A stretch of DNA of 64,000 nucleotides, from the NCBI GenBank assembly GCA_965279375.1, contig OZ257156.1, positions 3,840,001 through 3,904,000 of the forward strand. The letters are read 5' to 3'. Source of the stretch: Gemmatimonas sp. Its GTDB lineage: Bacteria; Gemmatimonadota; Gemmatimonadetes; Gemmatimonadales; Gemmatimonadaceae. Of this stretch, positions 63,505 through 64,000 are shown in pieces (the first letter of the stretch is position 1; each line of letters opens with the position of its first letter). Position numbers and translations under genes: made by a program. The notes under the pieces are model-generated. The model was not told the DNA's origin. It searched no databases and saw only the letters and a list, made by a program, of their open reading frames with translations.

Positions 63505-64000
63505 CAGGCAGTTCTCCACTGGAGGTGCGCGCGTTCCAGGCGCACCAGGTCTTCGTAGCGTTCGCGCTCCGTGATCACTGCAAATCGATCGCCATCAACG
63601 AGCACTTCGGCCGGACGCGGCCGAGAGTTGTAGTTCGACGCCATCGTGTAGCCGTAAGCACCCGCCGTGCGCACCACCATCAAGTCGCCCGCACTCACGT
63701 CGGCCACCACGCGGTCCTTCGCGTAGAAATCACCAGACTCGCAAATCGGGCCGACAATATCCGCCACCAGCGTGCCCGCTGTATCACGCACGGGATCGAT
63801 CTGGTGAAACGCCTGATACAACGCCGGGCGAATGAGATCGCTCATCCCCGCGTCGGTGACCACAAAGTCCTTTCCTGCGGCATGCTTGCGATACAACACC
63901 TCAGTGAGCAGCACACCCGCGTCGGCCACGAGGAAACGCCCCGGCTCGAGCATGAGCGTGAGTCCCACATCGCGTACCGCCGCAATCACCAGCTGCGCAT
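63504..64000 (-). CDS. lysA: Diaminopimelate decarboxylase, partial (5' end outside window)
   Basis: EPGRFLVA, DAGMSDLIRPALY, GPICESGD, AGAYG..MASNYNSRPR. Confidence 0.93.
   Translation of the reverse strand, partial: AQLVIAAVRDVGLTLMLEPGRFLVADAGVLLTEVLYRKHAAGKDFVVTDAGMSDLIRPALYQAFHQIDPVRDTAGTLVADIVGPICESGDFYAKDRVVADVSAGDLMVVRTAGAYGYTMASNYNSRPRPAEVLVDGDRFAVITERERYEDLVRLERAHLQWRTA

Overview
High-GC, gene-dense core-chromosome segment, probably from a Gemmatimonadota bacterium (an inference from gene content and order). It contains tRNA-Leu(CAA), tmRNA (tag ANNNLALAA), an ECF sigma/anti-sigma/Spy-like module, rne/rng-rplU-rpmA, recQ and a U32 hydroxylase. A long overlap-coupled aspS-phoH-ybeY-CNNM-CNNM-meaB run leads into a B12 acyl-CoA mutase / carboxyltransferase / split-AtuA cluster. 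The trp genes are interrupted by an inverted lexA and by a HEAT + HD-GYP pair. Further along are a truA-...-pur-ppdK run, a two-gene glycosylation cassette at the ssrA 3' end, and lysA-guaA. Best leads: (1) a candidate direct-repeat LexA box, present twice over the lexA promoter and abutting trpC; (2) an isobutyryl-CoA-mutase-type B12 enzyme clustered with split AtuA, a lone carboxyltransferase, a methyltransferase and a missed 49-aa membrane protein; (3) HEAT and HD-GYP proteins that share an unnamed N-terminal domain; (4) recurrent TANNNT boxes 6-9 nt before start codons, suggesting leaderless mRNAs; (5) a ~400-nt structured leader on the RNase E/G gene; (6) a catalytically dead transaldolase homologue and a truncated psd. 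I found no CRISPR array, transposase or integrase. All calls come from motif recognition by eye, and several start codons were re-chosen relative to the ORF track.
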